Of a DNA stretch of 64,000 nucleotides, positions 25,659 to 38,801 are shown in pieces. Under the pieces are notes generated by a model that made no database searches, was not told where the DNA came from, and saw only the letters and a list, made by a program, of their open reading frames with translations. Source of the stretch: Iphione sp. A-MEVVRFRX5 (taxonomy: Eukaryota); NCBI GenBank assembly GCA_976226885.1, contig OZ320321.1:26970001-27034000 (forward strand). Reading direction: 5' to 3'. The position numbers were made by a program, and so were the translations under genes. How positions within the stretch are numbered: position 1 is the stretch's first letter; every line of letters begins with the position of its first letter.

Positions 25659-26099
25659 GTATGCATTGTAAAGTACTGCAAAGGCACTGAGTATGAAGTC
25701 AATTTCAGAAACATTGTTGCACTTTCCAAGACTCATGTGCCTAGATAGATTGAAGATGAGGAGGGGATGTAGTGAGGAAGAAAAGAGTCCCAAAATCATT
25801 TTTTGTGAAGTTCCAGGGAACTGGGAACATTTACAGGAAGGATTGAAATAGACAACAGTTCTTGGAAATAAGCAGTGGGGGATTGAACTGAATCATTTAC
25901 AGGATGTGATTCCATTTGTTTTGTGTGGACTGGTCGTAATGGTGAATGTATTAGTTGAGGATGTATTGGTTTGTGGTACTGTCAATATAATTACTGCATA
26001 TAGCTACTTCATTAACAGATATTGATAGGAACGAGGTTCTCATTAATACATATTAAAGTCAAACCTCCTAATGTGGAATTGTGACATTATTGTAAAGTG

Positions 26100-26540
26100 G
26101 GCCAATAAAGTTGCTGTGAACACCAAAGTTACTGGTTCCAAACTGTTTATTTCCTTCCCAAACCAGTGTTTATATAGCCCTTCTAAGTGCTAATCCACCA
26201 ATCAGAGGCCTAGACTCACTGACTAACCAATCAAAACACAGTTGCATTAATTACAACAATGTATCATACCAGTAAGAATGTTTTTAGCCAATAAGTACAC
26301 TTTCCTTTATAAAAGATACAGAGTAACAAGTTGTAGAATGTTTTCCACTAATCAGAGAGCTCCCCCATATTAGGAGATATGGGATGATATCTCAGTAACC
26401 AATCACAGCTTTAATACCTAATATGGGAGATGGGGTGATCTCCCACCAGCCAATCAGAGTAGAGTAACTTAGTAGTGGAAATTTCCACTAGATCATCAAC
26501 CAATCACAGCACAGAAACACAGTAGTGGAAATTTCCATGA
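26100..26540 (+). promoter_or_regulatory. Cluster of 7 CCAAT boxes plus two GGAAATTTCC palindromes
   Basis: CCAAT at ~26102, 26198, 26227, 26288, 26399, 26450 and 26500 (five are CCAATCA). AGTAGTGGAAATTTCCA occurs twice (~26471, ~26521). Confidence 0.5.
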
Positions 26541-26689
26541 GGTCATCAAACTGTACTCATTGGCCTCTAAGTGTATGTGGCATCAGAAGTTGCACTCATT
26601 GATCCCAAGTCTTGCACTCAATCACACCTGTTATTAGCATTGTAACTAAACCTAGGCTTTAGCCTACACTCTCCCCTGCTTAATCTCAG

Positions 26690-27459
26690 TGTAACACAGT
26701 AGTGTTATGTTGCGGACATTCGGACGATCGGACGTCCGGATGTCGGATATCATGTGACGGACGTACGGACATTCGGTCATTTGGACCAGGCGGACATTCG
26801 GGTATTCGGACGTCCGGGTCTGGGACATCATATTGCGGACAATTGAGTTTTACTAAACTACTAATAGAACGTGTTATGTCTTTATTGTAATGGTAAAGCA
26901 AAAGAAAGAGAGTTCTATTGTACAGTGTATAGATATAAGTCTTTTAACAAGGATCCTCGATTCACAGACAACAGGTGTATCATGTTGCTGACATGGCGCC
27001 ATCGACAGTCTGGGAATCGACATCCCACACACCAGTAGACACTCATAAACTATGTTCAGGTGACAGGTTAGTCTAAACAAACATTGTGTCGGAGTGGGGA
27101 TTTCGAGGCACTTCCAGGATGGGTAGTGACAGCTTTCACATCCATCATCGAAGGGTGCTAGGGTGGGACCGAGGGTTAATGTAATTCTTGACCTATCCCA
27201 ACCCAAGGGCACGTGCTCAGGTCGAAGGTCCGGAGACCTATGACCTAAGGTTAGGATATGTCACACACTTTGTGCTTAGGTTGTGAACTATGACCGGGAG
27301 GGTGCTAACCTCTGACATAGGGACGTGAACTATCTGTATATAATGTCTTGATCCCCTCACCACTTTTCGGAGAGCTCTGATCTGCCACCTTGTAGTGTCT
27401 ACCTGCTGAAATAAAGATCAACCAACTTGGAAACCTGTGTCGTCTTGAGTTGTGTTACA
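26690..27459 (+). mobile_element. Solo LTR, family B
   Basis: TGTAACAC...GTGTTACA flanked by a TCAG TSD (26686-26689 / 27460-27463). TATATAA and AATAAA near the 3' end. Homologous to 33628-34072. Confidence 0.9.
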
Positions 27460-27689
27460 TCAGACATGGGTATTCAAGAGAAGACGGTACTCACCCCTCA
27501 TGGTCTTGCATGAGGTTGACATTCCCACTCCCAAGGGCGGTCACCAGGAACAGACCTTCCACAAACTTTCGGAATATCCAGCCACACCAACTAAGTCTTT
27601 TGAATGGGGTAAACTTCTTAAATAACATAGTTCTTAATTAAAAAAAAACCAAACTTCCTAACTAACTGATTGTCCCCTCAGGGGGGGAC

Positions 27690-29600
27690 CTTATCTAAAT
27701 AGCCCAGAAATCTGGAGGAGCCACAGGGTGGGTATACGGAGGGGTGGACTGGCTGATGTCAAACACAGTGGGGGCTGTTTGTGAAAGCCGATGCCGATTA
27801 TCCTCTTGCTGAGTGTCCCTAAGCCATACTGTCGCTGGAAGAGGGGTTTGTTCTAACAGGTATTGCATTTGGCTAATCACCTCATTGTGTATGTCACCCA
27901 GGGCCATGGGGTCACCCCACACCTCAGCCAAAGGCCAGTGCATCCCTGGTAGAAGCAGGAAAGGTTGCTCTCTTAGAGGAGCCAGAATATTGGCCAGCAT
28001 AGCCCTGGTGTCCAAAAATTGGAGGACCCATGCAACCAACAATCTCCCCATCAGGCGCAAGCCCCCGTCAGCTCCACTCCACCCCTCTGGAGACCAGTGT
28101 ACCCACAGCGGCAGCCAGACACTTCCACAGGTTGGGTTCAATCTCATTACTGCTGGGAGGGGTGGTACGAGCCCCCCCCCCCCCCCAAGAAGTTGCTGGC
28201 TCGTTGATTTTTTGGGGCACCGTTCATGTCTCGCCTCTAGGCATTGCCTGGCCCTTCTGCAACAAAGGGCCACTGACGGGGACGCACCTGCTCTGGCTCT
28301 TCTCCCACTGTTGCCTCTACTTGCATCTGGGCCTCCTCTGTCATGAATGGCCACTGAGGGGGGCACACCTGCTCCTGGCCTTCCCTTACGGCTGCTTCCT
28401 CTTGCATCTGAGCCAGTCCTGTTCCTTTGTGATGTGGGGGTGGGTCAATAGATGACATGTTTGCCTCCGGTGTCTCGTTGAGCTGCTCTGGATGTCCCGC
28501 AGCCGCCGCCACTGCCTCTTGGGGTAGTGCTGGATCGGGGTCTGGCTTGTCCTCTTCTGACTCACTCCACTCCAGTTCCTCGAGTGGCTGGCCCTGGGCT
28601 GGGACATCCTGTGGTACCTCAGACAGGAAGCATTCCATAGCCTTCTGCATCACCTTCTCTCTCAGGTTCCATAAGTCCCTTGCAGCCACAATGGCCCACA
28701 TAACGTGGTCATTTGGCACCTTCGTTTTTTTCCCTCTCACCATGTACCAGGTGGAATAGTCCTCAGTATACTGGGTCTGTTAGGCACATTTCTTTGGCCC
28801 AGGGGTGATGTTGTCTCACATGGGTGAGCCATGAGTGGTTGTTGCAATGGGAGGTGCAACAAAATATACAGGCCATGGGATGCCTACTCTTTCCCTTGTG
28901 CTGCTCCCTGGTGTGGCGGCGTCACTTGTGCTGATCAGCATAGGGGTGCCGTTTCCCTCTCTTCTCGCAAATTGCACAGAGCACATGCCCCTCCAGTACA
29001 GGCTCATCTGGATCCAGCACCCTGCCCGGCATCCTCTGACTTTAAACTTCGGGGACAGCGTGTGGCGGTAATATAACTTCGGCTTACCGTCCTCCGGCCT
29101 GTCCAGTGAGAAAACTTCCTTATGTGCTGTGGCACCTGTTTTTGACAAATTTTGGGCTACCTCCATTGCCCGCCCAGTGAGAAAACTCCTCTTTGTGATA
29201 TGGCAGCCTCTCATACCGCCTTCTCAAAGATGCTGTCAACAGTGGGTACCACTGTCGCAAAGGGCATCTCCAAATATGGGAAGTCATAAAGTTTCGTGCT
29301 CAACTTTCGGGCTCCGTTCCATCTTGTATCATCTATAGAATGTAATCCATTCAAACCATTCTTTTTTATCTTTTCAGGCTGTCTCCATCCCAACCTCATG
29401 CCAGCCACGTCATATAATGAAGTTTGATGTTGTCACATCGAATTCTTCCTCATTTCAAGCCCAAAAGTTGATGTAGACAGCTGTTGTCGCTTCTCGCACC
29501 ATGTTATCGAGTATTAGGACTGATATCACTGCCCAGAAAACACCACCGCTCCCTCCCCAAAGGTTGGGACAACACTCAACTATCGCCGAACATGTAAGTA
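27690..29600 (-). pseudogene. Degenerate Gypsy integrase C-terminal region and 3' ORF
   Basis: AMEVAQNLSKTGATAHKE, GPKK..YSTWYMVRGKKTKV and LHQLLGLK fragments resemble a Gypsy integrase core/tail. Many frameshifts. Confidence 0.5.
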
Positions 29601-30137
29601 AGCCAGGTACTCTTAATTTCTTCCATTCCCTGAAATTAGAAGTGGGACTAAATTTTCTTGATGTCCCCCTTCCCCTGAAATTAGAAGAGATGTAAGTAAG
29701 GCCAGGTGCTCTTGATGTCTGTCACTGTGTCTTCCCAACCCAATCTCACCCCACCTTCTTTTTTTTTCAAGGGGGGTAGTGGATATCCTCAGTGAACAGT
29801 GTCCAATGACAACGGTCCTCTTGTCATCTCTCCTGCCTCCTTCAATACCGGATAGATCGTCTCTCTTCAAATAGAGCAGACCCTTGTCTTTCCTACTCTC
29901 AGGTTTCCCCCACCCACTGTTATGGACCTCTCCTATGGTGGTTATGCACCCACCAACCCACAGTAGGTGTCCCTTCTATTTTTTAAAATTTTTATCCCCA
30001 GACGTCCAATTTTTACCCCCATTAGGGGCTCTCCTGGCTACTAGCAGCTACCCCTTGCTATCTCCTTTCCGCAGGTATGGAGACCCCCTTATGCCCTTCC
30101 CAGGCGGACCCGCCATGGTCCTCGGCGAGGAATTCCC

Positions 30138-30953
30138 GTGAGTACTCTCCCTTTTAATACTGATCTTGATACCTGTTTCTACTTCCTCAACTCCATTGCC
30201 ATGCTTACTGACCCAATCTGTCATCCTCAATATCCTCTGACATCCCTATCTTTCCTTTTATTCCCCAGGGGTGTACCATTCGTGGACATCTACACTCCTG
30301 GCCCACACCTGCAGGGCACGGGGGTGCAAGCAAACCCTGAGGCCCCCTTCTTTCTGGATGTCCCTGGGCACCTGGCATTGTAGGGGCCAGACCATACAGT
30401 TGACATCACAGTGCTCCAGAGTGACGACATCATCGCTGGCATATTTGCCAGTGACCAGCAGCAGCCAGCCACTGTCATCTGGACGAGGGACCTTCCTCCA
30501 GCCACCATGGTCTGGCTCCAGGATGAGGCACTGCCCTCGCCCTGCTCCATGGAGGCCCTCCTGTCTGGCGCTGGAGAGGGGGGGATCATGGACACCACCA
30601 ATGCGTCCCACCCCAGCAAGGATTCTTCAGAGTGGGAACACGTGAGTTTGTCCATCAGCGTCCTCAACCCCGGCCTCACCTCTGATGACGACAGTGGCAT
30701 TGAAGGAAGCCAGGGTGACGATCCCCCCACTCCTGGTACTCCCACAGCATTAACGTACTCCAGCTACACATCCAGTAGTACAGAGGGAGCCTTCGGCCCC
30801 AGGCCCCCCCAGTGCCTCATCTATGTCCACCCCGGACACCCCCAGCCGCTCCCCTGTCATCCCCTCAGGGCTAGATATTCACGCTATGAAATGGTGGTGC
30901 AGTGGGCTGGTCCCCGGGGATGCTGTCTTCTGGCCAATTTACATTTCCTCTGA
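30138..30953 (+). pseudogene. GC-rich frame with a single internal stop (30381-30383); probable retroelement accessory ORF
   Basis: ORFs 30138-30383 and 30411-30953 are in the same frame. AATAAA follows at ~30989. A PPT-like TTTTTTTCAAGGGGGGTAG lies at ~29761-29779. Confidence 0.3.
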
Positions 30954-31495
30954 TGAGGATTGAACTCCACCTGTTCCCTTTATGCCAATAAACCTACCTA
31001 ACTTATATGTGTGGCTTACCGCCTCTTCTATTATCCCATACTCATGTAAGCAGCTCACAGCATAGGCCCCCCCTCTACAGGGACCTAACAGCTAAAATTA
31101 GTGCTAGATAGCAACAGATAACACTGTCACTTACCCACGGTAATGCCACTGCCACATATCTATACTTGTTGTCGCCTTGTCCACGAGAAGCACAATGACC
31201 ATTCACCTCGTAGACATGCAGTTAACATTATCAATAGGGGAAAATGCTGATGCGGTTTTTTCGGATTTGAAATACGTTTTATATAGAAAAGTATTTTCTT
31301 GTGTAGACTTGATTAAGATCTAAGGTGTAAAATTTGTAACCAACAAGAAATAAAGTTAAAGCACCAAAAATTGGTCATTCTCCTCGATCAGGAAATTTCA
31401 TGGTCTGTGACTGATGGCCATCGGCCATAGCCTATACCTATTGATATCAGAATATAAAGCATTAAAGTCCTGGCTTCGATCGCAACTGCATTGTC

Positions 31496-32505
31496 CTAGG
31501 GTAGTTCTCCGGGTTCCTTCCATCCCTTAGGATCTACAGCAAATAAACAGTGAAACTTCCACTGACCATATGAAGCCGCCATTTGGGGGTGAGCGCACTT
31601 CAGCTGTCCAGTCCAGGACTTGGACTCACAAGCGGTGCCTTTCCCGAGATACCATGGGCAGGCCATACGGAGGAGAATGCCACCCATAACCCTAAATGTT
31701 GCATAGAAGCTTGTTTAAGCTGGATATGTAGGATATATAACAGAGAACACCAACTTAACATACGCATTCACTCACCACCATAATGGTAACAGAACAGGAC
31801 ACTTTACACAACGTTCCAGTACGTAGCATTGGAAGAGCGCGGGGCGGGCTTTCCAAACTTTGCTGCCACATACATTTTCAGATTCTTAGCCTAGATTGGG
31901 TACTTTCGGCGTGTTCTTTTAGTCAGAATCCTTCCCTACTAGTTTCCCTCTTCCATCATGTTCCTGTATTTTGCATCATTTCCTCGGCCATTTAATTTTC
32001 AGATAATATTTCAGGGATACTGGGCTTACTTATATAAAGCACATAGTACTTAGTCTGTCAGAACATTTTCTTCAGATCCCTGGGATACCATGTTCCAATA
32101 CCCCCCCCCCGGCAGGACCTTTCATCTTTAGAAGGGAGTTGGTTCCCCCCTAACGCTGGCTGCACTCTCGCATCCGACGTTCAGCCTGTTTTTGTCTGTA
32201 AAGTCCTACTTTGCCTTCTTCCAACTGGTCAGATTTATTGCGACGATAGATTTATTCTGACGATACTTCCTGCCACAAAAAAGAAGGACACAGGGGCGGC
32301 GATGGTTCTCATGTCTCTCCTGTGCTGTTGATGCACTCAGCACCTGCTTCCCCTCACAGCAAGGACAGGCCATTTGAAGAAGACAACTTTTTGAGGATAT
32401 CCTATGAATTTTCCAAAGGTGACAGTGCAGACCGCTCAATGAAGAACATTCCAATGAACAGATATCACAAATTGTCTGTGATTTTATGTTTATATATTTC
32501 AACAT
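31496..32505 (-). pseudogene. Possible decayed Cys-rich DNA transposase (KDZ/Zisupton-like)
   Basis: C2H2-like CDIC...HLWKIH, then CPCC, then GG....CP(H)G...ES across a frameshift. Weak and fragmentary. Confidence 0.25.
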
Positions 32506-33351
32506 AAACGTAGCAGGGTAATACCCTTGACAAGTACTTTACTTTATAAGCTATCTGTCCCTTGACAAAATCCGACGAGGGTTAATTATTCCGATTTTCC
32601 ATTGTTCAAAAATGTTACGCATGATGCTGCCTTCCATATTGATTTTTACTTTTCATGTATGTTCTCTTTTTCAGGGCATGTTCCAGTACGTTGTATATTA
32701 ATTTAAAAATTTATAAATTAACTCTCACCAAAGGAAGTGTTATGGTACACTGTGACGGTGTTAGCATACACGTACGCCACTTGCTTGAGGGAAAATATAC
32801 AAGTTTAGTTACCTTATGCAGGTGTGGATATTGACGTCAGGACAGATGGTGGCCAAGTCGGGATACAGGTGGTGCATTCTAGGTACCAGCCAGCTTTTGT
32901 TCTAATTCTTTCTTTAGCTTTTCAATTCGCTCTTCTATTTTATCTTCTGACTGCACCGATCAGATTTTCTTTTGGCTGGCATACTACTCTTCCATCTCTA
33001 CACAGAGACAGACGATTGTTACACGACAGAGCACCTCCTCCTCATGGAAGAGGCCTGCCAGCATTCACTCTGTGTTCTCTCTTCCTACCTTATCCCTGGC
33101 CCTGGTCTTAGCCATACCTCTGATTTGGATCTGGTTTTTTCCTTTTAGATTTCTGCTTGCAGTACTTCCTGTTCTTTTCCATATAAGTCCACTGCTGCTT
33201 TGTGAGTGGAACCAGCCCTGGGTTGATTGCTACTTGGGGTGGGAGGACGCTGTGGTACTCCCTCAATCCTGTCTCTGTGCACTGTAGCCATCACTCACCA
33301 GGCATTCGGGTCTGCCTCTTTACAGATGATCTTCCCTTATATAGAAGATCA

Positions 33352-33365
33352 CACTGCTACCACCA
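33352..33365 (-). other. Second, degenerate tRNA-Leu PBS abutting an LTR end at 33369
   Basis: CACTGCTACCACCA matches 12/14 bases of the tRNA-Leu end. It is followed by AAATGTAAC, the same junction as at 1298-1306. Confidence 0.6.
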
Positions 33366-33627
33366 AAATGTAACATAAACCTGGTCTGAGAGTTACATTA
33401 CTGGGATAGCTGGTGGAATAAGCAATGTCCACATAGAACAATCTGGTTTACACCACATGCAGAACTCTGCTGGATGTAACTCTCTCAAGGTGCAGTGACG
33501 GAATGTCTTTTTATTCACAAAAATTCCTGCCTATCTATTGCAGTAACCTGGAACATTGTGCTTTTACTAGCTAAGAACTTCAAACTCATATTTTAAAGTC
33601 TCAGGCTGGAATCAAGCCAACTCAAAA

Positions 33628-34072
33628 TGTAATACAACTCAAGATGACACAGGTTTCCAAGTTGGTTGATCTTCTTTATTACGGACAGCTAGACGCTTAC
33701 AGATGGTAGCTGCAGAGCTCTCCAAAATGTGCAGAGAAATCAAGATATTATATACAGATAGTACATGACCCTAAGAAGAGAGTTCATAACCCTATGGTCA
33801 TAGTTCATAGCCTTAAGTACAAAGTCTGTGACATGTTGCAACCTTAGGTCATAGTTCACCTGACCTGGGTCATGACCGGTCATTTTTCGAAACATATAGC
33901 AATTACAAATTCCATAATTATTGAGACATTTTACATGTACACATAATTATGTCCACAATGTCTACAAAACTTACTGTACACAAAATTATATATCTAATAT
34001 GTGCAAAACCCAATTGTCTGCAATATAGTGACCATATGTCTGAATGTCCGCTTATTAACACACTGTGTTACA
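33628..34072 (-). mobile_element. Solo LTR, family B (shorter, internally deleted copy)
   Basis: Reverse complement starts TGTAACACAGT and ends GAAGATCAACCAACTTGGAAACCTGTGTCATCTTGAGTTGTATTACA, matching 26690-27459. Flanks are AAAA/GAAA (3/4 match). Confidence 0.85.
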
Positions 34073-34272
34073 GAAACAAATATTTAAAATTTTGAAGACA
34101 AGCTAGTGATGGTAACGATATGTTGCTATGAGGGTATTCCAATGGAAGGCATTGTGATCCCAACTCATTCATTGCACTGCAGGTGCATGGCTGGTGGCAG
34201 GTATTGATTATATATCGGAAACCAATCACCCCAAAATAAGGTTTTGAAGGCTATTTAAACATTAATCATGGA

Positions 34273-35939
34273 TGACAATCCAGTGGAGGAAGTGAATGAG
34301 AGGATAACTTTCCTCTCACTACCCTACTGCTTTCGGCGTGAATAGAGAAGGATCTACCCAAAACCCATCCATTGAGACATTCGATGATTCTGATGTTGGA
34401 ATTCAACCTGTTGCGGACCTGGAAAAGACAACAACAGTACTGGATTTCTTCAGTGTGTTCACAGTTGACTTTATAGGACAACTTGTTACACAGACCACCG
34501 AATATGACAAGACTGAGACAAGCGCCCACCCAAAAAACATGAGGGAAAGTGGTCTGACATCACACCTGGACGCCTTTCGCAATTATTGGATAAACCATGC
34601 TGATGGGGTTTCTACGAAAACCAAGAATCAAAGGTTATTGGTCCACCGTACCAGAAATAGCCATGCCTATGTTTAATAGAGTCATGCCCAGAGATGTCTT
34701 CATCCAAATCATGTGGTATAAAGTACTAGCGTTTGGTAACCATAGAAACATTTCTATTGTAAATTTGTGATAGAACTGCAATTACAAATTTTTCTAGCAT
34801 TATATGAAAGTATTTGAATTAGTGTGTCTCTTTCTCCATTATCATATATATATGAATTTTGGTGGTTCCATTTCCAACAAAAAGACAGACGCTCTCACCC
34901 ACAGTGACTCCTCAACAAGCTCAATAAGACGAGTGGACTGGATATCCCATGCATTCAACAACATTACTGAGGCAGTATTTAAACCAAGATGTGAAATCGC
35001 CATAGATAAGATGATGATCAAGCACAAGGGTACTGTAAATGCCCAAGAAGTCTGTGAAATCGAGCCTAAAATGCTGAGCTCTGGCTGAAACTGCCACAGG
35101 TATGTATTAAGAGTATCCAGTATAGATATTGTGTCTCTCCCTAATAAAAAAAAATTGCAAAGAAAAGTAAATAGGCCAGATTACTTTCATATTCGTCTAT
35201 TTCAAAACCTTCGAATATTAGATTTTTTTTTATGAAGACATACAGTATAAACAATCTGTTTTGCAATGTATGTCCTCCAAGTCATCCTGCATTACGTAAG
35301 ATAGGAACGCTTGCCGACATCCCTATTTGACTCCATTCTTATGAGGCTACGTTGGTCTGCTGACATGTTAGGAAAATGCCATCATCTTTTTTGTGACAAT
35401 TTCTATAATACTGTTCATATGTTCGAATCCCTTCTTGGTTATAATAATTCTTGTTGTGGGACGGTTAGGCTTAACAGAAAAGGACTACCAAAGACAATCA
35501 TGGTAGAAAAACAGCTGAACATCAGGAACAAAGGTGATTGTTTATTGTCCAAAGCGGAAATCGAAAATTATCTGTACGGCATGACTGTAAGTAGTACACG
35601 TTCTATCTACCATCCACGGAAGCATTACGGAAGAAGGACCCTGAGACTGGCAAGTTCAGTAAGCAAGAAATTCCCTGTACTGATATTGTCATCGCAGACA
35701 ACGCTCATATGGGCACGGTGGATCTCTCAAACCAATTATATAAAAATTATTCCTTTGGTAGAATTATTCCCTACAGCTTTATGTGCCATCTGATGAGAGT
35801 TAAATTTCAAAGCAAATTCCCCTACCCATCCCAGACTAGTTGCATACAAGAAAAATACAATGATTCTACAAGTAAAAAACAAAGCAAGTGTGATTGTGGC
35901 CAAAGTGATGCCTATCTGTGCGCCGCGGGATGTTCCTGA
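34273..35939 (+). pseudogene. piggyBac (PGBD4-like) transposase pseudogene
   Basis: VLDFFSVF, GFLRKPRIKGYWST, EIAIDKMMIKHKG, HHLFCDNFYN, CGTVRLNRKGLP and HMGTVDLSNQL are piggyBac DDD-domain motifs. Frameshifted. Confidence 0.85.
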
Positions 35940-36086
35940 ATGTTTCACATCCCGACAGACTATGCTTGAAGTACAGTATAGGAATAGGAAAACATTTCAA
36001 GGTAGATTGAAATGGTGAGAAAACTGACTAGCAATGGATTACTTCGGAGCAATGGATTACTTCGGAGCAATAAATAATAATGATTA

Positions 36087-36510
36087 ACCTTACTTTCCAG
36101 CCTCGAACTTTCAGCAGAATATACCATTTAATAATTTATTCCAAAGCAAAGCAAGTGTATACCTTCTTTGACATAATATATAACCGACTCGGTAATCGCC
36201 AGAATGTACAAAAAACAGGGATAATTCCATTTATATCCATGCATAAAGGCAATCAGTAATTAGTCCCAGATCAATAATCCATAATGTCTACAGGAGTCAC
36301 CTTACTTTCCAGCCTCGAACTTTCAGCAGAATATACCATTTAATAATTCATTCCAAAGCAAAGCAAGTGTATACCTTCTTTGACATAATATATAACCGAC
36401 TCGGTATTCGCCAGAATGTACAAAAAACAGGGATAATTCCATTTATATCCATGCACAAAGGCAATCAGTAATTAGTCCCAGATCAATGATCCATAATGTC
36501 TACAGGAGTC
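36087..36510. repeat. Tandem duplication of a 212-bp unit (~98% identical)
   Basis: Units 36087-36298 and 36299-36510 show 4 visible substitutions. An 18-bp x2.5 repeat precedes them at ~36031-36070. Confidence 0.95.
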
Positions 36511-37399
36511 ATATCTAATTTGTCTGAATATAATAGAATAACCAGCCCAGTCATGGACTGCACCTTGTATTTTGTAACGTTTGGGTGTCGCCCTTTGTGG
36601 TGAAGCAACATTACACGCTCGCTGTGATGTTACGTCATGTACTAATAGGTGGCCGCCTGGAATGGGTTTAGTCTTGAGCTGGAATTACTCTGACTTGAAA
36701 TGCAAAAAGGTTTGGCTCAGTGCAATCTGCAGATCTTCCAGCAGAAGGTAATTAAGAGGTGTCAATTGTTTCTAAATCTAGATATTCTTACATAACCGAG
36801 GCTAAGTTTAGAGCCAGACTTTGTATATACGGGCAGAAATTTTCTTAATAAACAGATAGTCTTTTACTGCACTTGAAAAGAGCAACACTGAGCACTTTTT
36901 CTGTGTGGCCATTTTTTTTATTCTCAAGCAGGCTCTCATCCTAGACCAGGCACTTGCTGAACTATATGATCAGTACCCTTGTGGCTTGCCCAATACACTA
37001 TGTCACAATACATACAACACATCTTCTTATTTGCCAATGACTATTTCAATAGTCCTATTGGAATCGGAGGCTGGATTCTTTTATCAGAAAGTATATATTG
37101 GAACTGGTATTGAAACCCCAATCTGACATAATGCAAACTTACGTACTCAGATTGCTTACAAGGATTCTGAACAGTACACTTCTTTGTTCGAGAGAGTTCA
37201 AGAGAAAAAGATTACAACTGAGCTTTATGATCGGTATAGCCACCCTTTTCAACGAGATTAGAAAACCTGTGAAAGGATTTATTTTACTTGTTGGTTCCAT
37301 CATTTTATCCTATTTCATAGGTATGTTTTAATATTTCACTGATCACCAGCTCGCACATACACCACTAAATGACGCTATGACAATCAGTTAAACCGGTAG

Positions 37400-38790
37400 C
37401 CATGATATTTTAGGCTTTAGCAAAGATTCTATTGGATAGTGGTGATCGGTTAATTGAGTAAACTTTCTTCTCATTTCACTTTAAATGGATCATAAATCTA
37501 TTCCACATACTTACATTCCGCACCTTTCTTTAACAGTGATTTGATATAATTTATTCTTAAGTTAATGTCGTTAAGCAGGTCATGGAGGCAATGCCAACTT
37601 GTTTTTTCAACAACAGATCTTATTGACTTTACAATCATCTGAACTGCATCTTCGTCCTCTCGCCGAAAAACAGAGCTAACAACCAGTGCTAAGATATAAC
37701 ACGGTGCTAGGGCTAGAGAATGTCAGGGTGTACTGTTAATATATCAACTTTTACATAAGCTATCATCAGGGTTAAAAATTATCGCGTCATTCTGGTCTGA
37801 GATCACTGGTCAATAACAGATTGCAATAGAACCAATCTAATGAGACTACTAGAGGGACGAGCTATTTCTCTCCTTATTGGAGAGGGGTATTTATCTGATG
37901 TAGAATACGGTGTTGGGAAGGGAAGAATTCCCCTTAAATACACAGTTAGCCTTCCTAGTTACATTGGCCGCAGGATGAGTTGCTATTGTAGTGGCATAGG
38001 CCTGTTTACTTCCAGGATTTGGTCATTTGGGTATAATTTTACGGTGACAGACTTGGTGGTAGGAAATAATTGTTTTGAAAGTTTGAATTTTTCACGTCTG
38101 GGGTATTCAGACGTTTGATTTCTGACGACATTCATAATATCTTGAATCACTCATTGCTAGTCTAGGAGGTTGACTTCTTCGAGCAAGGTACGTCGGTCGA
38201 AATTAACATTGGATGTGAACGTGACTATTAAAGGTATTTTTACAATACGGTGAATTTCGCTGGTGTAAATCCTTCTTGCTCTTGCCATAGCCTTCTCTTT
38301 CACTCAGGTGTTAATGAATGGACATGGTCTTGTCCTGGACAAAGCTAATGGAGACATTGTCGAATGTTCACTATTTTCCTCACGTTTCGATCAGTTCTAT
38401 ACTATCTTCGTTATAATTATTATCTTCGCTTATCATCAGGCGCCTACTTCAAAGGGTTGTTACAGTATTCTGCTACCTCTTCCGCTGAGTTTGATTAACT
38501 CAGTATCTGGCTCTCTATCCTCGAACTTGGAATCATTTTTGTACACTTTGGGTCAACATAACAGTGCCAATCTTCCTTCTTAATTTCAAGGAACAAGAAA
38601 TTGTCCAGACACGCTGGTACAAAGTTCGCTGTTTTCGCCATGTTTTATGGTAAAACATTCAGAGATTGTTAGGTTTTGTCTTAATCTGACGGTTCAATAT
38701 CTATCAGGACTCCATTGAGAAAATGCATCCAAAAACCTGCACAGCATAAAACTGTTTAATTGGTATACTTGGCCTCAATTGCCTCAGGAA
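37400..38790 (-). mobile_element. Degenerate Penelope-like retroelement (RT thumb / GIY-YIG region)
   Basis: Fragments LFLEIKKEDWHCY..CTKMIP, EKAMARARRI..KIPLIVTF and ECKYVE echo Penelope motifs. Many stops. Confidence 0.4.
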
Positions 38791-38801
38791 CGCATAATTA
38801 C

